A program made the translations under genes and the position numbers. 64,000 nt of DNA from positions 288,001-352,000 of the forward strand of contig CAWJYV010000008.1 of NCBI GenBank assembly GCA_963847185.1, given 5' to 3'. The DNA is from an uncultured Methanosarcinaceae archaeon (lineage in GTDB: Archaea; Halobacteriota; Methanosarcinia; Methanosarcinales; Methanosarcinaceae). Numbering within the stretch: position 1 is the stretch's first letter; each line of letters begins with the position of its first letter. Under the pieces are notes generated by a model that was not told the DNA's origin, made no database searches, and saw only the letters and a program-made list of their open reading frames with translations. Below, piece after piece: positions 22,030 through 33,450 of the stretch.

Positions 22030-22680
22030 TCAAATTAATGCCCTCAAGTGGTTCTGATATATCATCCAGAGCCCTACTAGAACCAGTATTATTCCTGCTC
22101 CTTTTTTAAGGATTGAATCATACTTTGATATCGTCCTGATTTTTGAGGATGAAAAATGAGTTGAGTATGCCAGAACTAGCATTGGTATTGCAAACCCTAG
22201 TGAATAAATTGAGAGAGTATATGCTCCGGTAGCAAGATTTCCTTCTTTCACAACTATCGTCAGGATAGAAGCCAGAACTGGTCCTACGCAGGGAATCCAG
22301 AGCACTCCAAGGGAAAGGCCAAGCAAGAAACCCGATACTGCGCCTTCTCCATTCATTCCTCCCAGAAGGGGAAATTTTGAAAAGGAATTAAAAAGGCTTA
22401 TTTCCATGAGTAATGCAAAACCCATTATAAGAATCAAAATTTCTGATAGGATCTTCAGATAACTGATATATTCATGGAAAACTGCCCCAAAGGCAGAGGT
22501 TATCACTCCCATTATAGTGAAGGATATTGATACTCCAAGCACTATCGCGAGAGGTCTGAATTTACTTTTTCCTGCTGACGTTGCCAGGACTGCAGGCAAA
22601 AGGGGAAGGATGCAAGGAGACAGGACACTGAGAATTCCTGCTCCAAATGCAACTACAGGTGTAATAGCTTCAGAAGACAT
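22030..22680 (-). CDS. ccdA: CcdA-type thiol-disulfide transporter
   Basis: SPCILP and IPCVGPVL in a multi-TM protein next to thioredoxin. Confidence 0.9.
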   Translation of the reverse strand: MSSEAITPVVAFGAGILSVLSPCILPLLPAVLATSAGKSKFRPLAIVLGVSISFTIMGVITSAFGAVFHEYISYLKILSEILILIMGFALLMEISLFNSFSKFPLLGGMNGEGAVSGFLLGLSLGVLWIPCVGPVLASILTIVVKEGNLATGAYTLSIYSLGFAIPMLVLAYSTHFSSSKIRTISKYDSILKKGAGIILVLVGLWMIYQNHLRALI

Positions 22681-22747
22681 AGTTTTTGAACTTCCATTGT
22701 TATTTATTTAGAAGTTAGTCTATTAGTTGCAGGCTTGTGCGATTTAA

Positions 22748-23311
22748 TCAGGATTCCCCTTTTCCTTCCTGGATAAGGGCAACATCAATAAGCTTCTGAT
22801 ATTCTTCTTTCTCCATTTGTCCAAGAAGTCTGGCTTGGAGTCTGTCCTTGCTAGTGCTTCCATCCTGCTTCATGTACACGTATTCTCCGTTATCGATGCC
22901 CATAATCAAAGAAACGTCAGGGATATATCCTATTTCGAAATAGGTTGCAAGGTCTGGGCTCTGGTCCATGTCTATGGACATAATAGTAATTTTTCCGCTG
23001 TATTCTGCCGCCAGGTCTTTAAGGATAGGCTTCAAAGCCTGACATGGGCTACACCATTCAGCTCCTATTTTTACTAAGACAGGGCCTTCCTGGAGGGATG
23101 TGTTTATCTGTTCCAGCTGGGTTGCTTCAACAACAGCACCTTCTTTCTGTATTTCCTGAGAACCTGTGGAGTTTCCTTTAATATCCTGAGGATCTGTGAT
23201 GTTCTCCTTGATTTCCTGGGGACTGATGTTCTCCTTGGCATCGGGATCAGTACAACCAGCTGTAAAGAGCACAGTTGCAAGAAGGATCAATAGTATAATT
23301 AATTTGTTCAT
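22748..23311 (-). CDS. Lipoprotein thioredoxin
   Basis: Signal peptide with TAGC lipobox; WCSPC active site; short repeated linker (KENISPQEI/KENITDPQDI/KGNSTGSQEI). Confidence 0.88.
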   Translation of the reverse strand: MNKLIILLILLATVLFTAGCTDPDAKENISPQEIKENITDPQDIKGNSTGSQEIQKEGAVVEATQLEQINTSLQEGPVLVKIGAEWCSPCQALKPILKDLAAEYSGKITIMSIDMDQSPDLATYFEIGYIPDVSLIMGIDNGEYVYMKQDGSTSKDRLQARLLGQMEKEEYQKLIDVALIQEGKGES

Positions 23312-23652
23312 GTTCTCAACGTTACTTTTTGTTTGTGATTTTTTGTTTTTTCTGTATAGTAATTTCTTCTCCTCTGACTGATCCTATTTCTACTTATTAT
23401 GAAATTGGTTACTGTAAGGCAGAATTAGGATAAGCCATAAATGATCAACTTTAAAGCAGGAGACGATTTTACATTCTTTAATTACATTATCTAAAACATG
23501 AGACCTTTTACTAAATAAGTTCTAATTGTTTAAAAAAGTTTTGAGTGACGTACATAGATGTCCTGCAATAAACTGAAAAAGCCAAAACTGTCCTTTTAAT
23601 ATAAAATATTTGGTAAAAAATAAAGCGTAAGATATATATTTGTTTCTCTGTC

Positions 23653-24495
23653 TTACTTTTCTCCCAGTATTTTTTCTACCGCATTCACAATACCGTCAAA
23701 GTTTCTCTGCCATTCGGTGCTGTGTTCAAGCATCCCCTGTACAACTGTGCCCTTATCTTCCATCTCTGCAATTTTCGGTTCTATAGGAAGCTTTGCAAGT
23801 ATAGGAATATTGAAATCTTTTGAAGCTTTTTCCACTCCTCCTGTTCCAAACACTTCTATTGGCTTGTCGCAGTGAGGGCAGATAAGCCCATGCATATTAT
23901 CTACAATACCTATAATGGGCACCTTAAGTTTTTCGGAAAATCTGATTGATTTTCGGACGCTAATCAGAGCTACGTCCTGGGGAGTCGTAACAAGTACAGA
24001 GCCGTCACATTCGGGAATAAGCTGAGCTACGCTTAGAGGTTCATCTCCTGTTCCCGGAGGGAGATCTATAATCAGGAAATCGAGTGTTCCCCAGCTGACT
24101 TCCTCCAGAAACTGTTTGATTGCTCCCATCTTGGCAGGTCCTCTCCAGATAATCGGAGAATCTTTATTCTCAAGCAGAAAACCGACAGACATCACTGAGA
24201 GGTTGGGAAGAACCTGGATTGGGAGAATTCCTTCTTCATTAACATCTGGCCTTTGAGATTCTAACCCAAAGATTGTGGGGATAGTTGGTCCATGGATGTC
24301 ACAGTCCAGAAGCCCCACTCTGTATCCACGCAGGGCCAGTCCGGTAGCGAGATTCGCAGCAACCGTGCTTTTTCCTACTCCTCCTTTCCCGCTCATTACC
24401 ATTATTTTGCGTTTGATGCGCCGAAGGTTAACTATTATTTTTGGTTCCTCTGGCTTTTTCGACAAACTCTCCAGTGGTTGAAATTTTTCTGTCAT
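23653..24495 (-). CDS. Mrp/ApbC/Nbp35 Fe-S cluster carrier ATPase
   Basis: SGKGGVGKST, DLPPGTGDE, CPHC. Confidence 0.93.
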   Translation of the reverse strand: MTEKFQPLESLSKKPEEPKIIVNLRRIKRKIMVMSGKGGVGKSTVAANLATGLALRGYRVGLLDCDIHGPTIPTIFGLESQRPDVNEEGILPIQVLPNLSVMSVGFLLENKDSPIIWRGPAKMGAIKQFLEEVSWGTLDFLIIDLPPGTGDEPLSVAQLIPECDGSVLVTTPQDVALISVRKSIRFSEKLKVPIIGIVDNMHGLICPHCDKPIEVFGTGGVEKASKDFNIPILAKLPIEPKIAEMEDKGTVVQGMLEHSTEWQRNFDGIVNAVEKILGEK

Positions 24496-24549
24496 TATTA
24501 TCGCCTGTGTAACATTCCGAATTTTTCAGTTTTCCTTTTTCAGATGCTT

Positions 24550-24888
24550 TTACGCGTCAGCATCTTCAGTAATGTCAGCATCCTCAGCCCTGATATAGGT
24601 GCCACCTTTTATCTCTATCGCTTTTCCTGTATTGAGGGCCAGAGCTATCTTCATTCTGGCAGATTTCAGATCCTCCCAGAAGGCCCTTCTAGATATCCCT
24701 ACTCTGATGGCTGCATCTTCCTGTTTCAAGCCTTCAACATCTACAAGTCTCAGGGCCTCAAGCTCTTCCACTGTGATGGACACAACTTCCAGGTCTGATA
24801 GGGGTACTCCTCTGGGTTTGAAGTATGTGACATCTGGCGTATGTTCAACACGCCTCGGACATTTTGGTCTTCCTCTGCATTTCTTCAT
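24550..24888 (-). CDS. DUF134 family DNA-binding protein
   Basis: [23 protein letters not shown]. Confidence 0.88.
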   Translation of the reverse strand: MKKCRGRPKCPRRVEHTPDVTYFKPRGVPLSDLEVVSITVEELEALRLVDVEGLKQEDAAIRVGISRRAFWEDLKSARMKIALALNTGKAIEIKGGTYIRAEDADITEDADA

Positions 24889-25392
24889 AGGCTACTTATT
24901 CACATCGCAGAATGAATATATAATAATTTCTCTTTTCGAATAGAAAAGTTTAAATATTTATGTATTAATGCGTGAAATTGGCGCATTTATATACAGATGA
25001 GCGAAAATAACTCCTTCTTATGTTCTTATTATCTGTATTTCTTCAGAAGCCAGTGAGATCAGATTGCATTTCATAAATCCGGCATTATTTCTTTTTTCAC
25101 TTCTCTTCTCCCTGCAAATTCTGATAATTTTCTGGTTCTTCGATATCTCGGGCGGGTAATTTATAATTGATTATCAAATACGGTTAATATTTGAACACAA
25201 TTTACTTGGAAAAACCATGTTCAAGATCGATGTTTATCTATTTGATGTAATCATTTTTTCAACTGAGCAATTATTTCCACCCATAAAAAACAATTAAGAG
25301 CCAATCTTGTCTTTTACGGAACTATTTATACCTTTACAGTTTATCTATGATTATAGTATCCCTATTTATGTCAAAAATCCGGGAGAAAAAGT

Positions 25393-25926
25393 GTGCAGTG
25401 CGCGTTATGCAGGAATAAAGAATGCTTGAAAGGTAAAAATTGCTCTGTCATTAAATCAGGACTTGACTATAGCGGTGACAATCTTAGATCAGTTCAGATT
25501 TCGGCCTGGCTTGAGTCTGATTATTTGAAAAGGACAAAGCTAGAAGAAATTACTATTTACGCAAAAAGAATGGGATACAAAAAAATTGGGATCGCTTTCT
25601 GTATCGAGTATGAAAGAGAAGCCAGATTGCTCTACGATATTCTTTCAAGGTATTTTGAAATATTTTCTGTTTGCTGTAAGGTTTGCAGCCTGGAAAAGTC
25701 CAGCTTTGAGGTAAGGGGCACGGAAGATTCGGAGTTCGAAGCCTCCTGTAATCCTATAGGACAGGCACTTCTTCTAAATGATGATTTTACTAACCTGAAC
25801 ATTATGCTTGGGCTTAAAACAGGCTATGATATTCTATTTGTAAAATATTCTGATGCTCCTGCAATAGCCCTTCCTGTTGAGGAACTACCTCAGATTGGAG
25901 ATTCAGAAATCGATATTATAGAATAA
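25393..25926 (+). CDS. DUF1847-like Cys-rich metal-binding protein
   Basis: CALC, GIAFC, SVCCKV, CNPIGQA. Confidence 0.75.
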   Translation: MQCALCRNKECLKGKNCSVIKSGLDYSGDNLRSVQISAWLESDYLKRTKLEEITIYAKRMGYKKIGIAFCIEYEREARLLYDILSRYFEIFSVCCKVCSLEKSSFEVRGTEDSEFEASCNPIGQALLLNDDFTNLNIMLGLKTGYDILFVKYSDAPAIALPVEELPQIGDSEIDIIE

Positions 25927-25998
25927 AAATCTGCATTATAGAATAAATTTTATAGAACTAATTCTTTTGTTTTGTGATTAAATCTCCCGGAGAAATTC

Positions 25999-26448
25999 AT
26001 GCTAGAAAAATCCACGCACATATCTGGATCTGATTCACAAAATGGATTTAAATGCCTGAAAATTAGAGCTCATCACCTTTGTTGTATTCAGGGCTTTCAG
26101 GGCTATGGATACAGTCCTGCTTTTGTGGCTAATATGATGGCTGTGATCTCTGATATTGATGCTTTTCCTTCCAGGCCCATCAAGCTTGTGTCTGAATGTG
26201 ATGCCATCTGTATTTCCTGCCCCGGAAAAAAAGAATGCTCGGCTCAGCAATCAGTCCTTACTCACAGGATCAGGAACATGGACCTTGTTGTTATGGAGAA
26301 GTTGAAAATAAAAGAAGGAACTGTTATGAGTGCAGATGAAGCCTTCAGATTGATCCGTTCATTAAATAATGCCTCTGATATTGAAGATGTCTGTGGGGCC
26401 TGCAAATGGAGACAGAAGTGTCTCTGGTATATGCAGGTTGAAAGATGA
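25999..26448 (+). CDS. DUF1284-like Cys-rich protein
   Basis: RAHHLCCIQGFQGYGYS, DAICISCP, CGACKW. Confidence 0.8.
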   Translation: MLEKSTHISGSDSQNGFKCLKIRAHHLCCIQGFQGYGYSPAFVANMMAVISDIDAFPSRPIKLVSECDAICISCPGKKECSAQQSVLTHRIRNMDLVVMEKLKIKEGTVMSADEAFRLIRSLNNASDIEDVCGACKWRQKCLWYMQVER

Positions 26449-26533
26449 AACTCTTATATTTCTTGAAAAACTATTTTGAAGTCAGGAAAAACTTAAAAAA
26501 TATCCTTTTTTCTCTTCAAGCTTTTACTTGGAA

Positions 26534-27436
26534 CTACCTCAAACCTGCACTGATTTCATAAATTTTTGCAAGAAACTCAATGTTTTGAACAGCATTCTGT
26601 TCTATTCCAAGTTCATCCGGCGAAAAGCCAAGGGCAAGTCCAAGGAGCTGGGAATAATGAAGAACCGGGATTGAGTAATCAGTTCCGAACTTCTCATTGA
26701 CTGCAAGCTGTCCTCTGTCAAACTGAAGGTGACAAAATGGGCACGCATTCACAATACAATCAACGCCTGCTTTTCGGATACATTCAAGTTTATGCTCGAG
26801 CATTTCCAGAGATTCGGCAGCGTGACCTGAGCGGACTCCCCCTCCTGCCCCGCAACACATCATCTTATCTGTGTAGTCTACGCTCTTTGCACCTGTAGCT
26901 TCAACAAGTTCGTCAAAGAAAACAGGAGCCTCCGTTTCTCCAAGCCCCCGCTCTTTTGAAGGCCTAATAAGATGACATCCGTAATGCAGGGCTACTCTTA
27001 GGTCAAGGGGATTTATGATATATTTCCTGAGTTTTTCAGGCCCAAACTCTTTGTACAGAAATTCTATTATGTGTCTGACTTCTATAGTTCCCTTAAATTC
27101 CATCCCTATTCCTTTCAGGCAGCTGTTTGTGCAAGCTTTAATCTCAGGATCCTTTTTCAGCTCCATGTTTGCATCTGCAAGGGAACCGTAGCAGCCATTA
27201 CATACGGTTAGAATATCCCTTTCCATCCTTTCCGAGAGAACGATATTCCGACTGGCAAGGGCAAGCCATGTTGCTTTATCAAAGGATTTGAAAACTCCGG
27301 GAGCAGGGCAACAGGAAGCTTCTGGCAGATCAGATATATCTATCTCAAGTCTCTGCAGGCAGAGTTTTGTTGCTTTCTCAATTCCTGGGTACCTGTTAGG
27401 TACGATGCATCCAAGAAATAGCGATAACTTTTTCAT
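26534..27436 (-). CDS. hdrB: Heterodisulfide reductase subunit B
   Basis: Two CCG domains (FLGC, SCCPAPG, CCGAGGG, CPFCHLQFD). Confidence 0.95.
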   Translation of the reverse strand: MKKLSLFLGCIVPNRYPGIEKATKLCLQRLEIDISDLPEASCCPAPGVFKSFDKATWLALASRNIVLSERMERDILTVCNGCYGSLADANMELKKDPEIKACTNSCLKGIGMEFKGTIEVRHIIEFLYKEFGPEKLRKYIINPLDLRVALHYGCHLIRPSKERGLGETEAPVFFDELVEATGAKSVDYTDKMMCCGAGGGVRSGHAAESLEMLEHKLECIRKAGVDCIVNACPFCHLQFDRGQLAVNEKFGTDYSIPVLHYSQLLGLALGFSPDELGIEQNAVQNIEFLAKIYEISAGLR

Positions 27437-27449
27437 TATTTCTGCCTCC

Positions 27450-27935
27450 TTATTTTTCAGACACGAGTTTATCAAATTTGCAGGTTTTCAAAAGATTTTT
27501 CAGTTTTTCCAGAGCTTCAGGATACTTTTGTATAGTCTCAGGTATGGGGTCCAGTCCGAGTTCTTCCCTCTTTTTCTTTGTTTCTTCATCCAGAGGGACT
27601 GCATGTCCGCACTCCAGTACCATTTCCGAAACCCACCGGTGTTCTGGAAGCATGAAGCCTTCTCTTACTGCAAGTCTTCTGAGCTCGAGGAGGGCATCTG
27701 TGATCGGGATCCCACGTGGACAGCGTTCCTGGCAGGCATAACAGGTAGTGCATAGCCAGAGGGCATCGTCTGAAAGAACCGATGTCCTGTTCTTGCGTGC
27801 ATCCCTGATAATTCTTCGAGTATTTAGTCCGGTATGCCGTCCAGAAGGACAGCTCCCTGTGCATGTGCCACACTGCATGCAGGTAAGCAGATCAAGTCCC
27901 GCAGTCTTTAACACTTTTTGTATATCTTCACTCAT
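27450..27935 (-). CDS. hdrC: Heterodisulfide reductase subunit C
   Basis: CMQCGTCTGSCP and WLCTTCYACQERCP; adjacent to hdrB. Confidence 0.95.
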   Translation of the reverse strand: MSEDIQKVLKTAGLDLLTCMQCGTCTGSCPSGRHTGLNTRRIIRDARKNRTSVLSDDALWLCTTCYACQERCPRGIPITDALLELRRLAVREGFMLPEHRWVSEMVLECGHAVPLDEETKKKREELGLDPIPETIQKYPEALEKLKNLLKTCKFDKLVSEK

Positions 27936-28481
27936 ACAGGTTCACTGTCTGGTTTTATTATCGATTCTTCCGTTTTAAAAAAGTAAACATAGGCCGAAAG
28001 AAGACAGGTCAGGTCGAAATACTACATTTATAGCAGTATTTCAAATTTTCAGGATTAATGTAGCTTTTAAGAAATTTTTCTTAAATATTTTTTTCCAATT
28101 TTTTAGCTTAATGTTCGTATTACTCTCATAATATTTAACATAGACTTAATCTGCTCAGAGCCGGTACTAAGTCTAGGATATGGAAATTTTGAATATTTAA
28201 TATTTAAAACAGATTGAATCTTCTTATGTTCAGGGAGTTAAACTTGTTTTTGATCCCAGCTTACAGGATTTGATTTCTCCTTTATATAAAAAGTTTATTA
28301 TTTTTCTCGTGATATATGAATTTTGTCTTTTTCTATTTCATTTTTATTAGTTTTCTATTTTTTCCCTGTCACGTAGAAAACAAATTATTGGAAAAAATCC
28401 CATTCCCCATGTAAAGATCAACTTCTACTTTCCAGATTCTTCTTAGAATATTATTTTTAGGATCTCTGGTTTTTGACATCA

Positions 28482-29264
28482 TCAGGAAAAGTTTATTCCA
28501 AGATCCTTAAGTCCGTTAAGTTTTGCAAGATTAATCAAAAGAGGGGTCAAAGACTCCATTGTGCTTGCTTGTTTAAGAGGTCCTCCATCCAGAGGTTTGA
28601 GGCAGCCCATATGTCTTGTTAGTTCCATAACCATTTCCTTCGCTTCACCATCATCACTGCATACAAGTGCATGGTGTACAGCCTTGCATTTTACGATATC
28701 CTTCAATTTTCCTGCCGGGATATTGTGGAAAGCTGCAACAATTTTTGTGGAGGATGGGACTTTTTTCTGGATTGCAAGGGCTGCTGAACCTTCAGCCGGA
28801 GGTTTATATACGAAAAGGCCTTCCTCTCTTACCATCGGGACTACAGGCGTGACAATTATCTTATTTTCAATAAATTCCTTGATTTCATCCATCAAGGGCA
28901 AAACATGGTCAAAATGAACTGTAAGAACTATTAATTCTGCTTCCTGTGCAGCTTCAAGATTTGTTTTTCCTACTATGATTATTTTGGATGTATCAAAACC
29001 GCAATTTTCAAGCTCTGATAAGGCAGCTTTGGCGGCTTCATCTGCATGATCCCTTGACCTGGAACCTATAATTATCTCATTTTTTATGCCTTCAGTCATA
29101 AGGTTTTGAAGTGCTAACCTTAGCACAAGGCCCTCTCCTATATTTCCGGTCCCTCCAAGGACAGCTATTTTTAGCTTTTCAGGATTCAATTTAAACAACC
29201 TCCAGTTTGCTATATCTTCCCTAACATATATCGAGGAGTTAATATAACTTCTGTCCTTACTCAA
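28482..29264 (-). CDS. npdG: F420H2:NADP+ oxidoreductase
   Basis: IAVLGGTGNIG, IGSRS, GSAA, AFHNIPA, LTPLLI; start uncertain. Confidence 0.88.
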   Translation of the reverse strand: MSKDRSYINSSIYVREDIANWRLFKLNPEKLKIAVLGGTGNIGEGLVLRLALQNLMTEGIKNEIIIGSRSRDHADEAAKAALSELENCGFDTSKIIIVGKTNLEAAQEAELIVLTVHFDHVLPLMDEIKEFIENKIIVTPVVPMVREEGLFVYKPPAEGSAALAIQKKVPSSTKIVAAFHNIPAGKLKDIVKCKAVHHALVCSDDGEAKEMVMELTRHMGCLKPLDGGPLKQASTMESLTPLLINLAKLNGLKDLGINFS

Positions 29265-29560
29265 TCAATTTGAATGTTCAATGTGAAATATTCAATATTT
29301 TATTAAGTCGTCTGAAAAAAATGTAACAAATATGGGAAATCTAATTCTGGATGGACTCGTTTTTCTCCTTTATATTTGTAAATTATTTAAAATCACATCT
29401 TAATTTTGTTCTATAGTATGTCCATATTGTTTCAAAACAAGTTTTTCATGTTATCCTCTAAATTCAGGATGAATTTTATTATACACTTGTACCGCGTCTA
29501 CTAGAATCTACAACTGTTTGTATTTTATTCTCCAATTAAGCAACAACTAGAATAGAGTTT

Positions 29561-30100
29561 TTATTCAATAAGTAAAATTCCTACACATACAGTCTTTTTC
29601 GGCTTGCAGAATTCAAGCACAAGTCCTGCGTTTTCCATTGCCTTCTGAAGATTTATTCCCACAGCTTCGGGTGCAAAACGCCTCATTTCAGGTTTTACAC
29701 ATTTTTCAAGGTTACAGATTTCACATTCATTGCAGGAGCCAGGCCTGAGAAGATGTGCGAAGGTAAATCCTTCTCTGAAAGCTTCCTGTTCAAGCTCGAA
29801 CATCTTATGAAAAGAGTCCTTCCTCAGTTCTCCCCAGGCTTCAAGGACATCATTTATTTCTGCTGTATTGCATTCATCTACAATAAGAAGCGCACTGCTG
29901 TACTCTCCTATTACCTTTCTGAATTCATCAACTGACATAACATGAGGAGGGCAGCTCAGCCTTTTTCCATAGCTTTTGCATCCATATGCGCACTTAAGGG
30001 CAATTCTGTTTTCAATCGGAATGTCCTTCGCATCAAGGAGATAAGCTTTAAGGCCCATCTCTGAAGCCTTTTCAATAAGATCTTCGAATTTTCCAAGCAT
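29561..30100 (-). CDS. DUF2284-like metal-binding protein
   Basis: KCAYGC, SCPP, GSCNECEIC, PEAVGI. Confidence 0.8.
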   Translation of the reverse strand: MLGKFEDLIEKASEMGLKAYLLDAKDIPIENRIALKCAYGCKSYGKRLSCPPHVMSVDEFRKVIGEYSSALLIVDECNTAEINDVLEAWGELRKDSFHKMFELEQEAFREGFTFAHLLRPGSCNECEICNLEKCVKPEMRRFAPEAVGINLQKAMENAGLVLEFCKPKKTVCVGILLIE

Positions 30101-30370
30101 GATAACCCCTTTTTAAAAACCCATTTTTTATATTGTTCCTGTTTATTTCACTTTTTGCTTCCTTTAATTTATCTATCTCTAATTATTTTTTATGTTTTGA
30201 AAACATAATTGGGATATACATCATATTAGTAATTTATTTACCTTTTAATGCGGTTATTTTAAAAAAACAGCAACAATTTTGTACATCTGCTCATAAGTTT
30301 CTACTTAATTCAGTAATTGTGGGTTATACTTCTATAATTTATCGTAGGTAAACCTGGTAAGGGATTCCGT

Positions 30371-31564
30371 ATGATTAAAAAAGTACCTTTGACTGAACTG
30401 AAAAACCGCATGAACTGCTTCAGAAAAAAGATGGATGTCTCAAACTCAGAATGGGAAACAGCCGTAATCTTCAGCAAAATAAACCTTTATTACTTTACTG
30501 GCACGATGCAGGATGGAATGCTGATTATCCCGAGAAGCGGAGAAGCAACATTTTGGGTGAGACGTAGTTATGAGAGAGCTTTAGATGAATCTTTGTTCCC
30601 CAATATAGAACCCATGGATAGTTTCCGTGATGCTGCAAAAAGTGTAAGCAAGCTTACGGACACGGTATATCTGGAAACCGAAGTGGTCCCTCTGGCTTTA
30701 TATCAGAGATTTCAAAAATACTTCCCTTTTAAAAATGTTAAGTCTTCTGATGCTCAAGTTTGTGCTGTCAGGGCAGTAAAAAGCGAATATGAGCTGTCAC
30801 TGACAAGGGAAGCTGGCAGGATTCATCAGCATGTGCTCGAAGACCTTGTACCTGAGATGCTGCGGGAAGGAATGAGTGAAGCTGACCTGTCAACTGAATT
30901 ATTTTCGGTTCTGGTTGAAGAAGGGCACCACGGGGCATGTCGTTTTGGTATGTTCGATACGGAGATGATTCTGGGAAATGTCTGTTTTGGAGAAAGCTCC
31001 ATTTATCCTACTTATTTTAACGGGCCAGGCGGAAAGTATGGGTTATGTCCTGCAGCACCTGTGCTCGGAAGTCGGGACCGGAAATTGAGGAAAGGCGATC
31101 TTGTCTTTGTTGATGTCGGATGCGGGGTTGATGGTTACCATACGGATAAAACCACGACATACATGTTTGGCTCTTCCCTTCCGCAATATGCCATAGATGC
31201 CCATAATAAATGTGTGGATATACAGAACAAAGCTGCATCAATGCTAAAGCCTGGTATCCTTCCCTCTGAAATCTATAATACCATAGTGAATGGGCTCGAT
31301 AAGGATTTCCTGCAAAATTTCATGGGTTTTGGCAGCCGTAAGGTAAAATTCCTCGGGCATGGAGTTGGCCTGTTGATTGATGAAACTCCAGTAATTGCCG
31401 AAGGTTTTGATGAGCCTCTACAGGAAAGAATGGTATTCGCCCTCGAACCTAAAAAGGGAATTGAGAATATCGGAATGGTAGGAATTGAAAATACATTTAT
31501 AGTAACTTCTAAAGGCGGAGAATGTATTACAGGAGATAATCCGGGCTTGATTCCCGTATATTGA
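30371..31564 (+). CDS. M24 (Xaa-Pro) peptidase family protein
   Basis: DVGC, YHTDKT, GHGVG, LEPK, GIENT. Confidence 0.9.
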   Translation: MIKKVPLTELKNRMNCFRKKMDVSNSEWETAVIFSKINLYYFTGTMQDGMLIIPRSGEATFWVRRSYERALDESLFPNIEPMDSFRDAAKSVSKLTDTVYLETEVVPLALYQRFQKYFPFKNVKSSDAQVCAVRAVKSEYELSLTREAGRIHQHVLEDLVPEMLREGMSEADLSTELFSVLVEEGHHGACRFGMFDTEMILGNVCFGESSIYPTYFNGPGGKYGLCPAAPVLGSRDRKLRKGDLVFVDVGCGVDGYHTDKTTTYMFGSSLPQYAIDAHNKCVDIQNKAASMLKPGILPSEIYNTIVNGLDKDFLQNFMGFGSRKVKFLGHGVGLLIDETPVIAEGFDEPLQERMVFALEPKKGIENIGMVGIENTFIVTSKGGECITGDNPGLIPVY

Positions 31565-31660
31565 TTGGAATCCAAAACTAGAAACAAATACGAAAAAAGT
31601 GGGGTTAAAGAGTAAGAAATGGAGTTTGCTAGCTCCATCAATTTCTCTTTTAATTCAGCT

Positions 31661-32704
31661 TTATTTCGGTTTTCTCTCAAGCTTTTTCTTTGCAAGCTTT
31701 TCGATTATTTTAGTGTCAGCTTCTCCACCAACGCTCAGTTTCTTGTTGGCAACTGCACTTTCCAGAAGGTGCTGTCCTACCAGCGTACGAACGATAAGGG
31801 TAGTATGACCATCAGGGCTTCCAACAGAGCCGGCTGAGATATCAGCTTTGAGGGCGGTAAAGTCAGTGCAGACATCACAGCCCGGGCGGATGGTATCTTT
31901 TAGTTCGGCAAGCGGAATTACGTACTGAACTCCATCATTGAGGGTAATTTCGAGTTTGCCTTTAACATCAATACGGCAAACTTTCATGGGTTCGAGTGCG
32001 TAGTCGCTTTTCAGTTTTCCTGCAATCAGCTTTTCGTAATCAAAGCTTTCTGTGCAGAAGAGTCCGAGCACGAAACGAATTGATCTCTTGTAGGGGCTAA
32101 CCAGCTGGTGGTCGGTTTCAAGCATTTTGCGGATTGCCTGGACTACACAGGGAACTCCAACAACTGCAATATTCCTGTACTTCCTTCTCACGACGGCTTC
32201 CTTAAGGGAAGAGACGAGAGGGAGCCACCAGTTATAACGGCTTCCTGCCTGGGCGACGAGGGCTTCACTTTTGGTGATTACCATTGAGTGCGGTTTTAGA
32301 GTCCAGGGGTCTTCAGTAACTGTAACTATGGCATCTACAAGGCCTGTGTCCAGGGCATTTGTAAGGATCGCAGTAACTGCTCCTCCGCTTTGTTTTCTTG
32401 GGACGTCAAATTCGGCTTTCCCAGTAGTTATCTCCAGATAGTCTCCTAAAAGACTGGAAGGCTGTTCCTCGAGTCTGGGGCACACCTCATAGCAGGCGCC
32501 ACAGGGTACATCATCAACAGCGGCTTTACAGTAGTTGTTGCTTTTTGGGTGTGTTGAATCGCCGCCTGTTTCGAAGTAAAGGGCATCAGCAGGGCAGACT
32601 GCAATGCAGGCTCCACAACCTGAGCAGAGGCCTTCGTCCCAGACTTTTGATTTGAGGTCAAGGTAATTTTTACTGATTTCTTTCTTTTCTGCCATTTCTG
32701 TCAC
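31661..32704 (-). CDS. FrhB-like F420-binding subunit with N-terminal ferredoxin
   Basis: CSGCGACIAVCP, QSGGAVTA, GVPC, GLFC, ADISAGSVG; last gene of the glutamate synthase operon. Confidence 0.9.
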   Translation of the reverse strand: MTEMAEKKEISKNYLDLKSKVWDEGLCSGCGACIAVCPADALYFETGGDSTHPKSNNYCKAAVDDVPCGACYEVCPRLEEQPSSLLGDYLEITTGKAEFDVPRKQSGGAVTAILTNALDTGLVDAIVTVTEDPWTLKPHSMVITKSEALVAQAGSRYNWWLPLVSSLKEAVVRRKYRNIAVVGVPCVVQAIRKMLETDHQLVSPYKRSIRFVLGLFCTESFDYEKLIAGKLKSDYALEPMKVCRIDVKGKLEITLNDGVQYVIPLAELKDTIRPGCDVCTDFTALKADISAGSVGSPDGHTTLIVRTLVGQHLLESAVANKKLSVGGEADTKIIEKLAKKKLERKPK

Positions 32705-33450
32705 TCCCAGACATATTTACTTGCAAAAGGTCGGCTGCTTGCAGGTGCGATCCTCGTATAGTTTGTGTCAAGGAACTCTTTTGGGTCATACCCGAACTGC
32801 TCGCAGAAGCTCTTTATTACCGGAGTTATGCGTTCTAAGTCAGCTTCCGTAAATTTGAATTTCTTGGCTCCGACTCCAAGAAGGTAATCATCCACTTCTC
32901 CTCGGATAATTATCTCTCCGCCATGGATTCCACTTCCTATGCCTCTGTCTGTCATGGCTTTTTCCTTTCCTATACCCAGCACAAGCACGAGGCCACCTGC
33001 CATATATTCTCCAAGGAAAGAGTGGGCTGTTCCGCCGACTACAAGTATGGGCCTAGCTTCAACCTCATACTGTTTCATATGGATACCACCACGGTAACCA
33101 ATATTATTCTTTATGAGGACTTTTCCTCCCCGCATGCTATGCGCAACTGCGTCTCCTGCACTTCCATGGATTACAAGCATACCGCTATCCATTGTATTGC
33201 CAGGGGCGTGTTCTGCGTTTCCATTTATTATGCAGGTTGGCCCGCTCATAAACATCCCTAAGTCTCCGCCCGGGACTCCGTTAATTATAATTCGGACATT
33301 GCCTCTTAATCCATCTCCAATAAAGCGCTGTCCGAGCACGTTATCAAGAATTATTTCCTCTACTCCGTCTGCAACTGCAGCCCTAATTTTCTGGTTAAGG
33401 GGGGTGTAGTGCATATATCTGGCATCGATTCTTACCGTCTTCATCTCCAT
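32701..33450 (-). CDS. Glutamate synthase GXGXG (FwdC-like) domain subunit
   Basis: Repeated GxxMxGG units; overlaps its neighbours. Confidence 0.88.
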   Translation of the reverse strand: MEMKTVRIDARYMHYTPLNQKIRAAVADGVEEIILDNVLGQRFIGDGLRGNVRIIINGVPGGDLGMFMSGPTCIINGNAEHAPGNTMDSGMLVIHGSAGDAVAHSMRGGKVLIKNNIGYRGGIHMKQYEVEARPILVVGGTAHSFLGEYMAGGLVLVLGIGKEKAMTDRGIGSGIHGGEIIIRGEVDDYLLGVGAKKFKFTEADLERITPVIKSFCEQFGYDPKEFLDTNYTRIAPASSRPFASKYVWE